This document shows positions 21,042 to 30,884 of a stretch of 54,609 nucleotides of DNA, one piece after another. Position 1 is the stretch's first letter. Each line of letters opens with the position of its first letter. The translations under genes were made by a program, and so were the position numbers. Location: positions 1 to 54,609 of IMG/VR virus record IMGVR_UViG_3300031987_000009; one strand, 5' to 3'. This DNA is from a virus. The notes under the pieces were generated by a model, which saw only the letters and a program-made list of their open reading frames with translations, was not told where the DNA came from and searched no databases.

Positions 21042-21484
21042 TACTCATCATCCTCTACATTAGGTGCTATCAAAAACCATGAGTTAACTTTACCATTGTA
21101 ATGTGCTAATAACAATTCCCAATCTTTATCATCAGCACTTACAAGATACCAGTTATCAATATCACTATCGCTTGCTATTGAATCAGCAGATACATTATAT
21201 AAACATGCAAGTTCAGATTCAAGTTCAACAAGTTCAGGATACCTATTATTTAACCAATCAAAGAATGTACTGTTTTCAGTTATTTTATCAGTATCCAATT
21301 TATTCACTGAACTTATGTTATTAAACATATCAAGTATTTTATCTTTACTTTCGATAGCACATATAGTACCGGTTACGTTACATAAATAACCATCCTGTTT
21401 TATATAAGGTATCTTATCTGCTTCTTTCTTTATATATAAAGTACCATCGTCTAACATATCTTCATTTATCTTCATTATTCTCAT
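21041..21484 (-). CDS. Hypothetical protein
   Basis: 147 aa ORF tiled with neighbours. Confidence 0.6.
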   Translation of the reverse strand: MRIMKINEDMLDDGTLYIKKEADKIPYIKQDGYLCNVTGTICAIESKDKILDMFNNISSVNKLDTDKITENSTFFDWLNNRYPELVELESELACLYNVSADSIASDSDIDNWYLVSADDKDWELLLAHYNGKVNSWFLIAPNVEDDE

Positions 21485-21665
21485 TCTCCAAATCTCTATT
21501 CATACCCATTTCAAAATGTGTTTCGCAATAGAACTTATCATACTTATGTCGTTTACCTTTACGTCTACTACCACTTTTTAAAGTGTGTTCAAATAGTTCT
21601 ATCGGTACATCTACTGGTTCACCACATATAGCACATGCAACCCTACGTGTTTTTGGTTTACTCAT
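21462..21665 (-). CDS. Small Zn-finger protein
   Basis: CAICG...CETH motif. Confidence 0.6.
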   Translation of the reverse strand: MSKPKTRRVACAICGEPVDVPIELFEHTLKSGSRRKGKRHKYDKFYCETHFEMGMNRDLENENNEDK

Positions 21666-22090
21666 CTACTATCACCAAACAGTTCTGGATTTTCATAGGT
21701 ATTTCCGATGACTTTAATATTACAATTGGATATTTCCTCAGCACATAATTCAGGTGCATAAGTCACATCAATATAAAAACTACCGTTGCCGAATTTAACT
21801 ACACCAACATTACCCGGTATAAGATTATCTCCAATGTAATAAGAATCGTAACTCACAATATCACTTTCACATATCTCATTGTTTTTACAATCAAGTAACC
21901 CAATGTACTCCATTATATCAATGTCTGGACACGTTACAACATCTTGGAAGTAATCAAATAGTACCAATATATCTTGGTCATCTTCCTCTTTGTAATATGA
22001 TTTATAAGAACATTTTACATCATAAACATTATCTTCTGTAATCATTACTTTATTTTTATTATCCCATGCTCGGAATTTAATATCTCTCAT
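21662..22090 (-). CDS. YopX-family protein
   Basis: MRDIKFRAWD start, YIGLLDCKNNEICESDIV and VIGNTYENPEL end. Confidence 0.9.
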   Translation of the reverse strand: MRDIKFRAWDNKNKVMITEDNVYDVKCSYKSYYKEEDDQDILVLFDYFQDVVTCPDIDIMEYIGLLDCKNNEICESDIVSYDSYYIGDNLIPGNVGVVKFGNGSFYIDVTYAPELCAEEISNCNIKVIGNTYENPELFGDSR

Positions 22091-22305
22091 CTACTACCAC
22101 CTGATGAATCATATATTGGCTTTTTAACTAAAAAGCGTTGACAATCGCAATCTTCGCATCCGTTTTTAGTTAGACTTTGCCACATTTTCTTAGCACCGGT
22201 GTTATCACCAAAATATTCAATTGTCTTACCACATTCATTACATCTAAATACATACATATCTTTCATTATATCATCCTCTTTATTCCAAGTATACATAGTA
22301 TCCAA
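22087..22305 (-). CDS. Small Zn-ribbon protein
   Basis: CNECG and CEDCDC motifs. Confidence 0.55.
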   Translation of the reverse strand: MDTMYTWNKEDDIMKDMYVFRCNECGKTIEYFGDNTGAKKMWQSLTKNGCEDCDCQRFLVKKPIYDSSGGSR

Positions 22306-22484
22306 TATATTAAAAACATTACGGCTTGTTCTATTGCACCTAAATAAATATTGTAACCAATCAATACTGGATTAGTCACAAACCATATTTGATTGGCTTT
22401 CATACTATCGTGTTTAGCAACCATTAACGCACCCATTATGTTACCAAACACAACTATCCACATAACTATACTTAATATGGACAT
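22266..22484 (-). CDS. Small three-helix membrane protein (PnuC/DUF2842-like)
   Basis: Three hydrophobic segments; NQIWFVTN...IGYNIYLG...QAVMFLIYW. Confidence 0.6.
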   Translation of the reverse strand: MSILSIVMWIVVFGNIMGALMVAKHDSMKANQIWFVTNPVLIGYNIYLGAIEQAVMFLIYWILCILGIKRMI

Positions 22485-22627
22485 CTTACTTCACCAAGTC
22501 TATCATCATAATATTTATTTATCAAGACATGTGTCTATATTTGTTTAAACACTATGTTTTTATTTATCGATGTAACAACAAACTCATCGTCAACCAATGT
22601 ATACATCATCCAACTATTCTCAAACAT
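22472..22627 (-). CDS. Small hypothetical protein with in-frame TAG at 22535-22537
   Basis: MFENSWMMYTLVDDEFVVTSINKNIVFKQI[TAG]THVLINKYYDDRLGEVRCPY; readthrough fills the gap and overlaps the next start. Confidence 0.45.
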
Positions 22628-22633
22628 GTTTAA

Positions 22634-23035
22634 TCAGTCCAATAAATCATCAAACTCTAACCAATCGTTTGCTATACATTTGAGCAGCAAATATCCAGAC
22701 AGGTCAACGTAATCATTCTTCCGTTCAATACTGCTATTCTTAATTCTCATTAATTTATCATCCATACGATTATTAATCTGTTCGTTTGCATCAAGTTTAC
22801 TAAACACATTCAATGGTTCTATCGCTGAGTTACCGTAACGTTTGTTCTTAACCATTAAAAAGTTAAGCATTGATACACATACTCTTGCAATATCCCATTT
22901 ACTACTATCCGTATTTTGATTAAGATATAAATTATTGATGAAGGATGCTAACACATCCAAATCATCAGAATCTAATCCATCGTCTGTAACCGTTACATGA
23001 TTGAGCCTATCCAATACTTCAGTTTTTGTTACCAT
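22634..23035 (-). CDS. DUF1599-like nucleotide-modification-associated protein
   Basis: KNKRYGNS...RMDDKLMRI...DYVDLSGYLLL pattern. Confidence 0.7.
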   Translation of the reverse strand: MVTKTEVLDRLNHVTVTDDGLDSDDLDVLASFINNLYLNQNTDSSKWDIARVCVSMLNFLMVKNKRYGNSAIEPLNVFSKLDANEQINNRMDDKLMRIKNSSIERKNDYVDLSGYLLLKCIANDWLEFDDLLD

Positions 23036-23039
23036 TTTA

Positions 23040-23273
23040 TCACCTTATTGTAGTCACCAATACTAAATAACCCTTTCTATCTGATTCAGTATGACCAATG
23101 ACATGTTCTGGAAATCTATCGTTTCCTAACATATTTGAATTACATGCACTGATTATTACTTTCGCATTATCATTATATTCACCCAGAACTTTCTTTAACT
23201 GTCCAACAGTCATTCTACCGGTATGTTCGTATTTATCACCATTCATCATTTTAATCACATTTGCTATAACCAC
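23040..23273 (-). CDS. Hypothetical protein
   Basis: MTVGQLKKVLGEYNDNAKVII pattern common in small phage proteins. Confidence 0.55.
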   Translation of the reverse strand: MVIANVIKMMNGDKYEHTGRMTVGQLKKVLGEYNDNAKVIISACNSNMLGNDRFPEHVIGHTESDRKGYLVLVTTIR

Positions 23274-25506
23274 ATGTTCGACATTCTATACAACCACCAG
23301 CGTATGCTAATAATGTACCACAATCAGGGCACAATGTGCCTTTTTTTATGGGTTGTGATTGTTTTTGTATCATGCTCAATGGAGTACCGTCAATATCCTT
23401 TAAAGAACGCCCATTAACATCTAGATTATCATTATCAACATCTTCTTTAAATTCGAGTAATTTGCGTAACATAGAGTCACCACAATTATTTCCTTTACTG
23501 ACAATTTGTCCAGATTTACGAGCATTGCTAAATGAGTTACATGTACCGATACCTTCAAAGGCTTTCTCAATGTTAGATATATTGCCACCTAATCTAAGCA
23601 TACCAGACATTGCTACGGCTATGTTATCAAGTGAACGTTCACAACCACCTTTACCAGAGCGTTTTATCCAAAAATCAAATATTCTGTTATCTATTCTTGA
23701 ATATTCTATAAACATTTTAATTCTACCACATCCAGTATAAATATCTCTATCAGTACTTGCTAAATCGTTCGGCTTTGGTTCCCAATCACCACGTTTTAAT
23801 TCCATACCTATATCTTTATCTTCAGATATATCATTAACTGTAAGTACACCCTCACGTTTGTTACCACTTCTATGCACAGTAACACCTTTGAGACCCATTT
23901 CCCATGCATTGATATATATGTTATATACATCATGAATAGTTGCAGTTTCAGGCAAGTTTATTGTACTACTAATTGCAGCATCGGTATACTTCTGGAATAC
24001 AGATTGTGTCCTAAGCCTATCAACAGGTTCAATATCTGAAGCAGTTACAAGTTCATTACCACGTTCACCAGCATGATTATCAAACCACCATTCAAGGATA
24101 GGTGAGTTAACTTCATATACTTTGTTTTCACCATGTAAACTCTCTGTTCTACGATTATATTTAAATGCAAAGTTAGGTTCAATACCACCAGATATACCAA
24201 GCATTGTACTGATAGTTCCTGTTGGTGCTATGGACATGACTGTAGCGTTAGCCAATCCATATTCACCAATTAACCACTTTGTACTTTCATCAAGTGCATC
24301 TTTGAAAAAATCAGATTTTGCTGTTTTATTATAATCAAATTTTGGGAACAAACAATTATATTTATCAGCATATATAGCACTCGCTTTAAATGCAGCATTT
24401 GTAATCATTCCCATCAATCTGTCAGTAAATTCTATTGCTTCACTTGAACCATATATGTATCCTAATTTAATCAATAGGTCAGCATAACCCATTACACCTA
24501 ATCCTATCTGTCTCCACTTTCTTGCAGTATCACATTGTTCTTCTAAAGGATGCTTTTCAATTCCTTCATCCAATACTTCATTTAATGCATATACTGCATT
24601 TTGTACTATATCTTCAAGTTCAATCCAATCAGGTTCACCTATTGAAATATCATATCCTATGTTTGCTAAATTAATAGAACCTAATAGACAAGCACCACCA
24701 TCAGGCAATCCTTCCTCTCCGCACGGATTACATGAATTTATTTTGTAGTTATCATAAAATTGTAACAGATTATAGTCATTCATTCTATCAATATAAATCA
24801 TACCGGGTTCAGACCAATCCCATGCATTCTCTGCTATATTCCACAGTAATTCATTTGCTTCAACTGTAACTATTGTTTCATCACCTGTATGTCTCCTGAA
24901 CTTCAATGTATGGATTCTGTTGTTAATAGCATTAAAAATGAATTCATTAGAGGCTTCTACACTAATATTACATTTAGTAAGTTCATCTGTATTTGCTTTA
25001 GCATTAATAAATTCAATTATATCTGGATGTTCTGAACTTAATGATAACATCAGTGCACCACGTCTACCATCCTGACCAATGATTTTAGTAGTTTCATTAT
25101 ACAAATTGGCAAATGAAACTACACCACTTGTTACCTTAGCAGCATTGTTTATTTTAGAACCTGCTGGTGCAAGATTGGATAGTGATGTACCACATCCACC
25201 ACCATAACTAAATGTTCTTGCAAGTTTAGAGTTACATTCGTATATACTCTCTAAGTTGTCTTTCGGTGGTGTTAATACATAACAATTACTGTAACTTAGG
25301 CTTCTATCAGTGATACCTCTGTTAGCAAGTATACGACCTGCAAACATGAACTTCTTTTGTTCGATTAACATACGTACACTTTCGTTACCACCGCTAACTC
25401 TATCTAACCATTCATCGAATGATTCATTGTTCTGTCGGTATTTGTTATTCCAAATATCTATACCTAACTGACTATCAAAATATTCTTCAGCAATCATCCA
25501 TATCAT
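23251..25506 (-). CDS. nrdJ: Class II (adenosylcobalamin) ribonucleotide reductase
   Basis: FAGRILAN, SNCYV, GGGCG, CNPCGE, RQIGLGVMG, IAPTGTIS and C-terminal CPDC...CRTC ribbon. Confidence 0.93.
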   Translation of the reverse strand: MIWMIAEEYFDSQLGIDIWNNKYRQNNESFDEWLDRVSGGNESVRMLIEQKKFMFAGRILANRGITDRSLSYSNCYVLTPPKDNLESIYECNSKLARTFSYGGGCGTSLSNLAPAGSKINNAAKVTSGVVSFANLYNETTKIIGQDGRRGALMLSLSSEHPDIIEFINAKANTDELTKCNISVEASNEFIFNAINNRIHTLKFRRHTGDETIVTVEANELLWNIAENAWDWSEPGMIYIDRMNDYNLLQFYDNYKINSCNPCGEEGLPDGGACLLGSINLANIGYDISIGEPDWIELEDIVQNAVYALNEVLDEGIEKHPLEEQCDTARKWRQIGLGVMGYADLLIKLGYIYGSSEAIEFTDRLMGMITNAAFKASAIYADKYNCLFPKFDYNKTAKSDFFKDALDESTKWLIGEYGLANATVMSIAPTGTISTMLGISGGIEPNFAFKYNRRTESLHGENKVYEVNSPILEWWFDNHAGERGNELVTASDIEPVDRLRTQSVFQKYTDAAISSTINLPETATIHDVYNIYINAWEMGLKGVTVHRSGNKREGVLTVNDISEDKDIGMELKRGDWEPKPNDLASTDRDIYTGCGRIKMFIEYSRIDNRIFDFWIKRSGKGGCERSLDNIAVAMSGMLRLGGNISNIEKAFEGIGTCNSFSNARKSGQIVSKGNNCGDSMLRKLLEFKEDVDNDNLDVNGRSLKDIDGTPLSMIQKQSQPIKKGTLCPDCGTLLAYAGGCIECRTCGYSKCD

Positions 25507-26098
25507 CTCCTTTCATAATATTACAATATTCTATTATTCTGCTAACATCCATCTTATAATCATCCCACTTATCTATAGTGCTTTTAGATATACTAGCACT
25601 TGATAAATTGTTTACACGACTATTAGGCAATAACCATGCATACAGAATATTTAAATCTTCCCTATTATCGAAGGCTAGACATAAGAAAAAATCGGCGGTA
25701 GTATTTCGCTTTATTATAAATACCCATCCGTTTTTACTGTTGATGCATGCAGATTTTACATCAATCTTCTTACCTTTGTTACATATGAAATCATATCCTT
25801 TGTTTCCATAAGGCATCAATTCCACATCTTTGAATGTTTTTGATAGCACACGCTCAGCGACATGTACACCCAAAAATTGTGTACATGATTTATTCTCGCC
25901 CATAGATTTGCCACCATTTCGGTAATACCTATTTCTTACGGATTTATTTGAACGCTCTTTATTATTATTCCTCCATGCACGACCTTCCTCTTTATCACAT
26001 GTCTTACATATTCTACTATTTCGCTCTGCATGAGATTTTAACCAATTAGACCTTACTGAAAGAGAGCATCCACATTTCCTACATTCTTCTGCTTTCAT
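25487..26098 (-). CDS. Zn-finger + PD-(D/E)XK nuclease (free-standing endonuclease-like)
   Basis: CxxC pairs then AERVL...GYDF...KIDVKSA; paralog of 31902..32426. Confidence 0.7.
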   Translation of the reverse strand: MKAEECRKCGCSLSVRSNWLKSHAERNSRICKTCDKEEGRAWRNNNKERSNKSVRNRYYRNGGKSMGENKSCTQFLGVHVAERVLSKTFKDVELMPYGNKGYDFICNKGKKIDVKSACINSKNGWVFIIKRNTTADFFLCLAFDNREDLNILYAWLLPNSRVNNLSSASISKSTIDKWDDYKMDVSRIIEYCNIMKGDDMDDC

Positions 26099-26133
26099 TA
26101 AATATCACCTATTAAAAATAAATAAAGTAGGTA

Positions 26134-26592
26134 TTACTCACGTTTGTAATACCCTGTACTGTTGAGTGCGTCTGAACCACGACTTGTCTCAGATAGTTCA
26201 TCTACTTCATGGAATACAACATCTGGTAACTCATTCCATATACCCTGTGCTATCTTCATACCTTTATTTATAGTCATTGGTAAATCAGATATGTTATAGA
26301 GTAATACAAATACGTTACCACGATAATTCTGGTCTACTGTACCTACACCTTGTGCTACTACGATGCCATGTTTCTTAGTCATTCCAGAACGTGAACGTAC
26401 ACACAATTCTAAACCTTCCGGTATATCAAACTGTATTCCAGTATCTACCAATGCTATATCTTCTGGTTCTATTATGAAATCATCTTCAACTGAAATCAAT
26501 GGAAATCCACTGTCACCTACATGGTCGTAGTAAGGTTTAACTGCGTCATCATCTACTATTTTATATCCTATATCATATATCTGCATTCTCAA
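26134..26592 (-). CDS. dut: dUTPase (trimeric)
   Basis: DSGFPL, RSRSG, GTVDQNYRG, KIAQG and SRG motifs. Confidence 0.9.
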   Translation of the reverse strand: MRMQIYDIGYKIVDDDAVKPYYDHVGDSGFPLISVEDDFIIEPEDIALVDTGIQFDIPEGLELCVRSRSGMTKKHGIVVAQGVGTVDQNYRGNVFVLLYNISDLPMTINKGMKIAQGIWNELPDVVFHEVDELSETSRGSDALNSTGYYKRE

Positions 26593-26593
26593 A

Positions 26594-26752
26594 TCACCTC
26601 AAGTCACTTGTAAATCCTTTACGTGTGTAAACATTCATACATTCGTTACACTGTACAAGACATCTCATTTTGCCATCTTCTTTAACATTAAGTACACCTA
26701 CTACTCTGCATTTACCTTCACAATCTTCATCATCACAATATATATCTATCAT
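26594..26752 (-). CDS. Small Zn-ribbon protein
   Basis: 52 aa, CxxxxCxxxC...CxxxCxxC; below the ORF-track cut-off. Confidence 0.55.
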   Translation of the reverse strand: MIDIYCDDEDCEGKCRVVGVLNVKEDGKMRCLVQCNECMNVYTRKGFTSDLR

Positions 26753-26956
26753 TTATATCACATCCTCATAAATTCTATCTATCAAATCATTTATTGCTTC
26801 GTCTATTGTATCACCAAACCCAGCATGAGATAATTCAAGGTTTATAAAATCTGGTTCTGTTACACATATACTATCACCATCCGTTTTAATATCTAATTTA
26901 TCTACACATAAACAATCGAGTAATCTTTTCATTAATGTTGTATCAACAGTTCTCAT
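26753..26956 (-). CDS. Hypothetical protein (HicB-like tail)
   Basis: AGFGDTIDEAINDL resembles the HicB-like motif. Confidence 0.5.
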   Translation of the reverse strand: MRTVDTTLMKRLLDCLCVDKLDIKTDGDSICVTEPDFINLELSHAGFGDTIDEAINDLIDRIYEDVI

Positions 26957-26968
26957 TTATATCACCTA

Positions 26969-27316
26969 TCACGAATCCACAAACATCATATCTGGATGAG
27001 AGCATACGTTGTATATTTCCTCTATGAGTTCTTCTGATTTGCCTTCTTTACTGTAATTCATTCCGTGCAATTCACTTATACCTTCATATCCACCGTATAT
27101 ATAATGTGCACGAAATACCCGACCATCGTTATCTCCTGTTTCCACTCGTTCTTTGTTGTACATATCAATTCTTTCAACATGTGTATCAAGTTCAAGTTCG
27201 TATGCGAGTTCTCGTGCTTTTCGCACTCTCCCTTCTAAATCACTAAACTCCGACCAATCACCACGTATATCATGAAGTATCCTATCCAATAGGAATATTT
27301 TTTCTTGTCTGTTCAT
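26969..27316 (-). CDS. Hypothetical protein
   Basis: 115 aa; AGGTGAT RBS. Confidence 0.65.
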   Translation of the reverse strand: MNRQEKIFLLDRILHDIRGDWSEFSDLEGRVRKARELAYELELDTHVERIDMYNKERVETGDNDGRVFRAHYIYGGYEGISELHGMNYSKEGKSEELIEEIYNVCSHPDMMFVDS

Positions 27317-27320
27317 ATTA

Positions 27321-27437
27321 TCACCTGCTTATCAAAGTTGCTATTGCACCTATCAATCCATACACTACCATTACTGCTGCTATTCCCATACCTATACCAA
27401 ACGTATACCAAAATGTTATCCAAAAGTTTTCTATCAT
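27321..27437 (-). CDS. Small membrane protein
   Basis: 38 aa hydrophobic, GGAG RBS. Confidence 0.5.
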   Translation of the reverse strand: MIENFWITFWYTFGIGMGIAAVMVVYGLIGAIATLISR

Positions 27438-27566
27438 TTATTTACTCTCCAATCGTCTATGTAACTCACTGTTTCTAATCATACTACGATAAAACTGCCA
27501 CTTCTCTGTATGTGACATTGTTCTCAATTTGCTTATAGATTTCCATAACTCATAATCTTCTTCCAT
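27438..27566 (-). CDS. Small hypothetical protein
   Basis: 42 aa, GGTGA RBS, abuts the next gene. Confidence 0.45.
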   Translation of the reverse strand: MEEDYELWKSISKLRTMSHTEKWQFYRSMIRNSELHRRLESK

Positions 27567-27571
27567 AAAAT

Positions 27572-27877
27572 TCACCATGAAAATATAAATACCGTATTCA
27601 TACCTGTATCTAATGTAGATATATCCTTAAGTTTTCTTGTGAAATACTCACCTGTTTCACTGTTGTGTATCGTTATATATGCATCACTATTAACTTCAAG
27701 TAATCCTGTTTTCTCATCTATACAAATGTCATGTTCATGTGACTCAATGAGTTCATATAACTTAAACCTTTCTGATAGTTTCATTATTCTAACAGTATTA
27801 CGTTTGACACCTATCAATTCTTTCTTAAAGTTCATCGGGTCACTCTTAAAGTGTATCATATTGCCTATTACATCCAT
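27572..27877 (-). CDS. ASCH/PUA-like protein
   Basis: FKS...FKKELIGVKRNTVR motif. Confidence 0.55.
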   Translation of the reverse strand: MDVIGNMIHFKSDPMNFKKELIGVKRNTVRIMKLSERFKLYELIESHEHDICIDEKTGLLEVNSDAYITIHNSETGEYFTRKLKDISTLDTGMNTVFIFSW

Positions 27878-27879
27878 TA

Positions 27880-28023
27880 TTACATCTCCTTATTATGATA
27901 TTTGTCTGCAAGGAAATTTATACATTCATCAAATGAATTTAAATTCTCCAATATCATAATCTGTCTAAGTTCCTCTTTAGTTTCTTCTCTTACAACCTTT
28001 ATTACTATGTCGTCATTGTTCAT
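27880..28023 (-). CDS. Small hypothetical protein (possible RHH-like)
   Basis: 47 aa; ATGA overlap with the upstream gene. Confidence 0.45.
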   Translation of the reverse strand: MNNDDIVIKVVREETKEELRQIMILENLNSFDECINFLADKYHNKEM

Positions 28024-28649
28024 AAATGTTCCTCTATCCAATCTTGTGCTGCATGTTCTATTATATGTGCATTCTTAATATACTGATAATAGTTACCCAT
28101 TGGTATATCTACAAGTTCACTTACTTGTTCTTGTAAGTGTCTAAATCCATAGACATCCGAAGGAAATGCGTTAAGTACATCATTACTACGCATATGTAAT
28201 ACCATATCTAACTTATCATCAACTACCTCAAACTCTACTTGGGTAGCACATGGTATCTCTCTACCATAATAAGCAGCATTCAAATCGTTATGTTCTGTTA
28301 TTGGTATACATATACGTCTACTCTTTGGATTGTCCATTAACATTTCAATCGATGATGCCAATGCAAATCTCTTACGTATCCTGTTACCATAACCATAATC
28401 AAACTCCATTCCAATAAGTTCGGCTTCATTTTTATCTACCAAACCTTTCTTAAACTTCTCTGCTATCTCACGGTGTACAGGGCACACAGACGGATATGTG
28501 AGGTCATCTGAGGTTATCTCGACCCATACGTAGTGTAGCACTCTAACAGCGTCACCACGTTCGTCTGTGTCCTTCTTACCGTAATACCACACACGTTTCC
28601 ATAACGCTTCGTAAGCAGACGGTATCGATGGTCTTTTTATCTCAATCAT
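28020..28649 (-). CDS. Thymidylate synthase-family enzyme (archaeal short type), Asp at the pyrimidine-specificity position
   Basis: SRRIC, EIPCAT catalytic Cys, HMRSNDVLNAFPSDVYGF, NAHI. Confidence 0.85.
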   Translation of the reverse strand: MIEIKRPSIPSAYEALWKRVWYYGKKDTDERGDAVRVLHYVWVEITSDDLTYPSVCPVHREIAEKFKKGLVDKNEAELIGMEFDYGYGNRIRKRFALASSIEMLMDNPKSRRICIPITEHNDLNAAYYGREIPCATQVEFEVVDDKLDMVLHMRSNDVLNAFPSDVYGFRHLQEQVSELVDIPMGNYYQYIKNAHIIEHAAQDWIEEHL

Positions 28650-28821
28650 CCAATACCTCTATTGTTATCTTTACTTTCTTATAGTGTCCAATATGTTCAA
28701 ACGTATCTCTAAGTAAATCAGATTTAACACCTTCATCTATCGTGTACTCAAATACATTATTACTGAACATACCAAAAACTGGTGTAACAGTACCAGTCAC
28801 ATGATACTTCTGTCCTTTCAT
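28642..28821 (-). CDS. Small hypothetical protein
   Basis: 59 aa tiled ORF. Confidence 0.45.
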   Translation of the reverse strand: MKGQKYHVTGTVTPVFGMFSNNVFEYTIDEGVKSDLLRDTFEHIGHYKKVKITIEVLDD

Positions 28822-28928
28822 TGTTTATCACTGTTTCTCCGTTCTGCTAACTTTGATGCCAATACATTTGTTGCTATATAAACAACCGCTACAATAACAC
28901 CCCAAAGTGGATTTTGAATATCAATCAT
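28818..28928 (-). CDS. Small membrane protein
   Basis: 36 aa with one hydrophobic helix; ATGA overlap. Confidence 0.45.
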   Translation of the reverse strand: MIDIQNPLWGVIVAVVYIATNVLASKLAERRNSDKQ

Positions 28929-28929
28929 A

Positions 28930-29112
28930 TTAATCATCACATATCTTTATCATGTGATTGACTTCTGTTGGCATATCTTTTAACATTTTGCTTAGACTAT
29001 CACCTGACTTTCCTACCAATATGTATCTACCGAACAATTCAAAATATTTTACCTCATCTCCATTAACAATAAACTTAATTAATTTCACATTAATCACCAT
29101 TATGTAAAGCAC
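28930..29112 (-). CDS. Hypothetical protein
   Basis: Tiled ORF; start probably the downstream GTG. Confidence 0.45.
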   Translation of the reverse strand: MLYIMVINVKLIKFIVNGDEVKYFELFGRYILVGKSGDSLSKMLKDMPTEVNHMIKICDD

Positions 29113-29281
29113 ATTGTTTTATTATATTTCCTTTATTTTCGATTATATCAGTTATCATCACCTGTCCACCCATACTTGTTGCTTCAACCTTCAGTTGAAC
29201 TTTGCAACCACATTCTAATATTGTCTCTGTTGTAAAAGTCATTTTGTTACCTCTGATATTCGATCCAATATCATCTTGCAA
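29090..29281 (-). CDS. Hypothetical protein
   Basis: LECGC...CALH; probable start at MTFTT. Confidence 0.5.
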   Translation of the reverse strand: MQDDIGSNIRGNKMTFTTETILECGCKVQLKVEATSMGGQVMITDIIENKGNIIKQCALHNGD

Positions 29282-29994
29282 TAGTCATCTTCTTTCTCTA
29301 TTAATATAAAGTTTCTGTTTGTGTTGATACATGCTACACCTGTTGTACCACTTCCAGCACAATTATCCAATACCAAATCACCTTCATTAGAGTATGTTTT
29401 AATTAAATATTCAAACAATTCAATTGGTTTTTGTGTTGGATGAACTGTTTTTGAAGCACTCTTAAAATTCAATACACTTGTTGGGTAATTTGTATACTTT
29501 TGTACACGTTTCTCTTTATGTGACGGTCTTGCAAATTTATGTCCTTTACTATCTGCTTCACAATCACGCTTACCATTAACAACTTTGTTATACAACTTTA
29601 ATCCTTGTGGGTTATATTCAGCCCTTAATTTACATCCGTTTGCACAACTACCTTTGCTGAATACAAGTACAGATTCATGTTTATTCATTGGTTTGTGTTT
29701 TGCATTGGTAAAACCACATGCTCTACTTTTAACCCATATCCACTCATATTTAAACATATTTGGGTTACTCATAACCAATGCACTTGTGAACGGTTGCATT
29801 GCTGTCAACACTATAGCACCACTGTCTTTTATTATTCTTTTGTATTGTAACCACAGTTCATCAAACGGAATAACCGTGTCCCATTTGCATGACGTTGTTC
29901 CATAAGGCAAGTCACATAGAACCATGTCTATACTGTTATCATCTATGTCATTCATTACATCTAAACAATCTCCATTTATCAACGTATTAATCAT
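29239..29994 (-). CDS. DNA amino-methyltransferase (N6A/N4C, beta class)
   Basis: GDCL, DLPYG, HPTQKP and LDNCAGSGTT motifs. Confidence 0.92.
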   Translation of the reverse strand: MINTLINGDCLDVMNDIDDNSIDMVLCDLPYGTTSCKWDTVIPFDELWLQYKRIIKDSGAIVLTAMQPFTSALVMSNPNMFKYEWIWVKSRACGFTNAKHKPMNKHESVLVFSKGSCANGCKLRAEYNPQGLKLYNKVVNGKRDCEADSKGHKFARPSHKEKRVQKYTNYPTSVLNFKSASKTVHPTQKPIELFEYLIKTYSNEGDLVLDNCAGSGTTGVACINTNRNFILIEKEDDYCKMILDRISEVTK

Positions 29995-30575
29995 TTTGTT
30001 ACCTCACATTTATTCGATATAAACTTAACTAAACTACCTTTACTTCCAATTTGATAAGCATTTGTTATTATGTCCTACGATGTAATAAACTTGTTGCCTG
30101 ATTTCCACTTATCATAAACTATTTGATGTGGTACTAAAAACACTTCATCCATACATCTAAACTCAAATGCAATCAAACCACGTCTATCTGTGCATACCAA
30201 AAATTGATGTTGTCTATGTAATTGTGATTCACCATTTTTATTGATGCGAAACAACTTACTAAAATAAAATCTTGTGTTTCTAAAGTGTTTACATTTATTA
30301 TGAAGTGGGTGTCCATCTTCATATACACTCTTACATTCAATACCTATAAACATCGAATCAAAATTATCAATCAACACATCAATCTTTTGTGTATAGTTAG
30401 GATGTATTGGATACATGTAAGCAAGTCCATTCAAACTATATGTATCCATATACTCATTAAAATATTCTGTCATGAACCATTCAAACTGTTCACCTACATC
30501 AACATTACTAATATTATTTTTCTTTTCCTGTCTGTTCAACCTACGTCTCTGAATACGTTTGGTTTTACTGTTCAT
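29991..30575 (-). CDS. Holliday-junction-resolvase-like PD-(D/E)XK nuclease with in-frame TAG at 30075-30077
   Basis: DVLIDN...IGIECKS; reading through TAG adds DIITNAYQIGSKGSLVKFISNKCEVTK and ends in an ATGA overlap with the MTase. Confidence 0.7.
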
Positions 30576-30837
30576 ATCTATCCAGACTCATATTATCCGT
30601 CTTCAATATTTCAAACCTATCATTAGGTATCGTAACATCTATCGGTGGACATATACCCATTGCATCAACAAACCTTAATACTATTGCACCTCGTATTTCT
30701 TCTATCAACATTACTTTGTTTACATGTGGTACATTGTTATGTTTACAAAATCTTTCATCGATACGAATTGTTTTACCTATCCACTTATTGTCTTCATCGT
30801 CTTGTGTATTGTCTATATACACTCTCATATATATCAC
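30565..30837 (-). CDS. Hypothetical protein
   Basis: 90 aa; AGGTGAT RBS. Confidence 0.6.
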   Translation of the reverse strand: MIYMRVYIDNTQDDEDNKWIGKTIRIDERFCKHNNVPHVNKVMLIEEIRGAIVLRFVDAMGICPPIDVTIPNDRFEILKTDNMSLDRYEQ

Positions 30838-30884
30838 CTATGCGTTTCTACCCATTTTTAACCCTAAAAGGTATAGGGTTGTGG

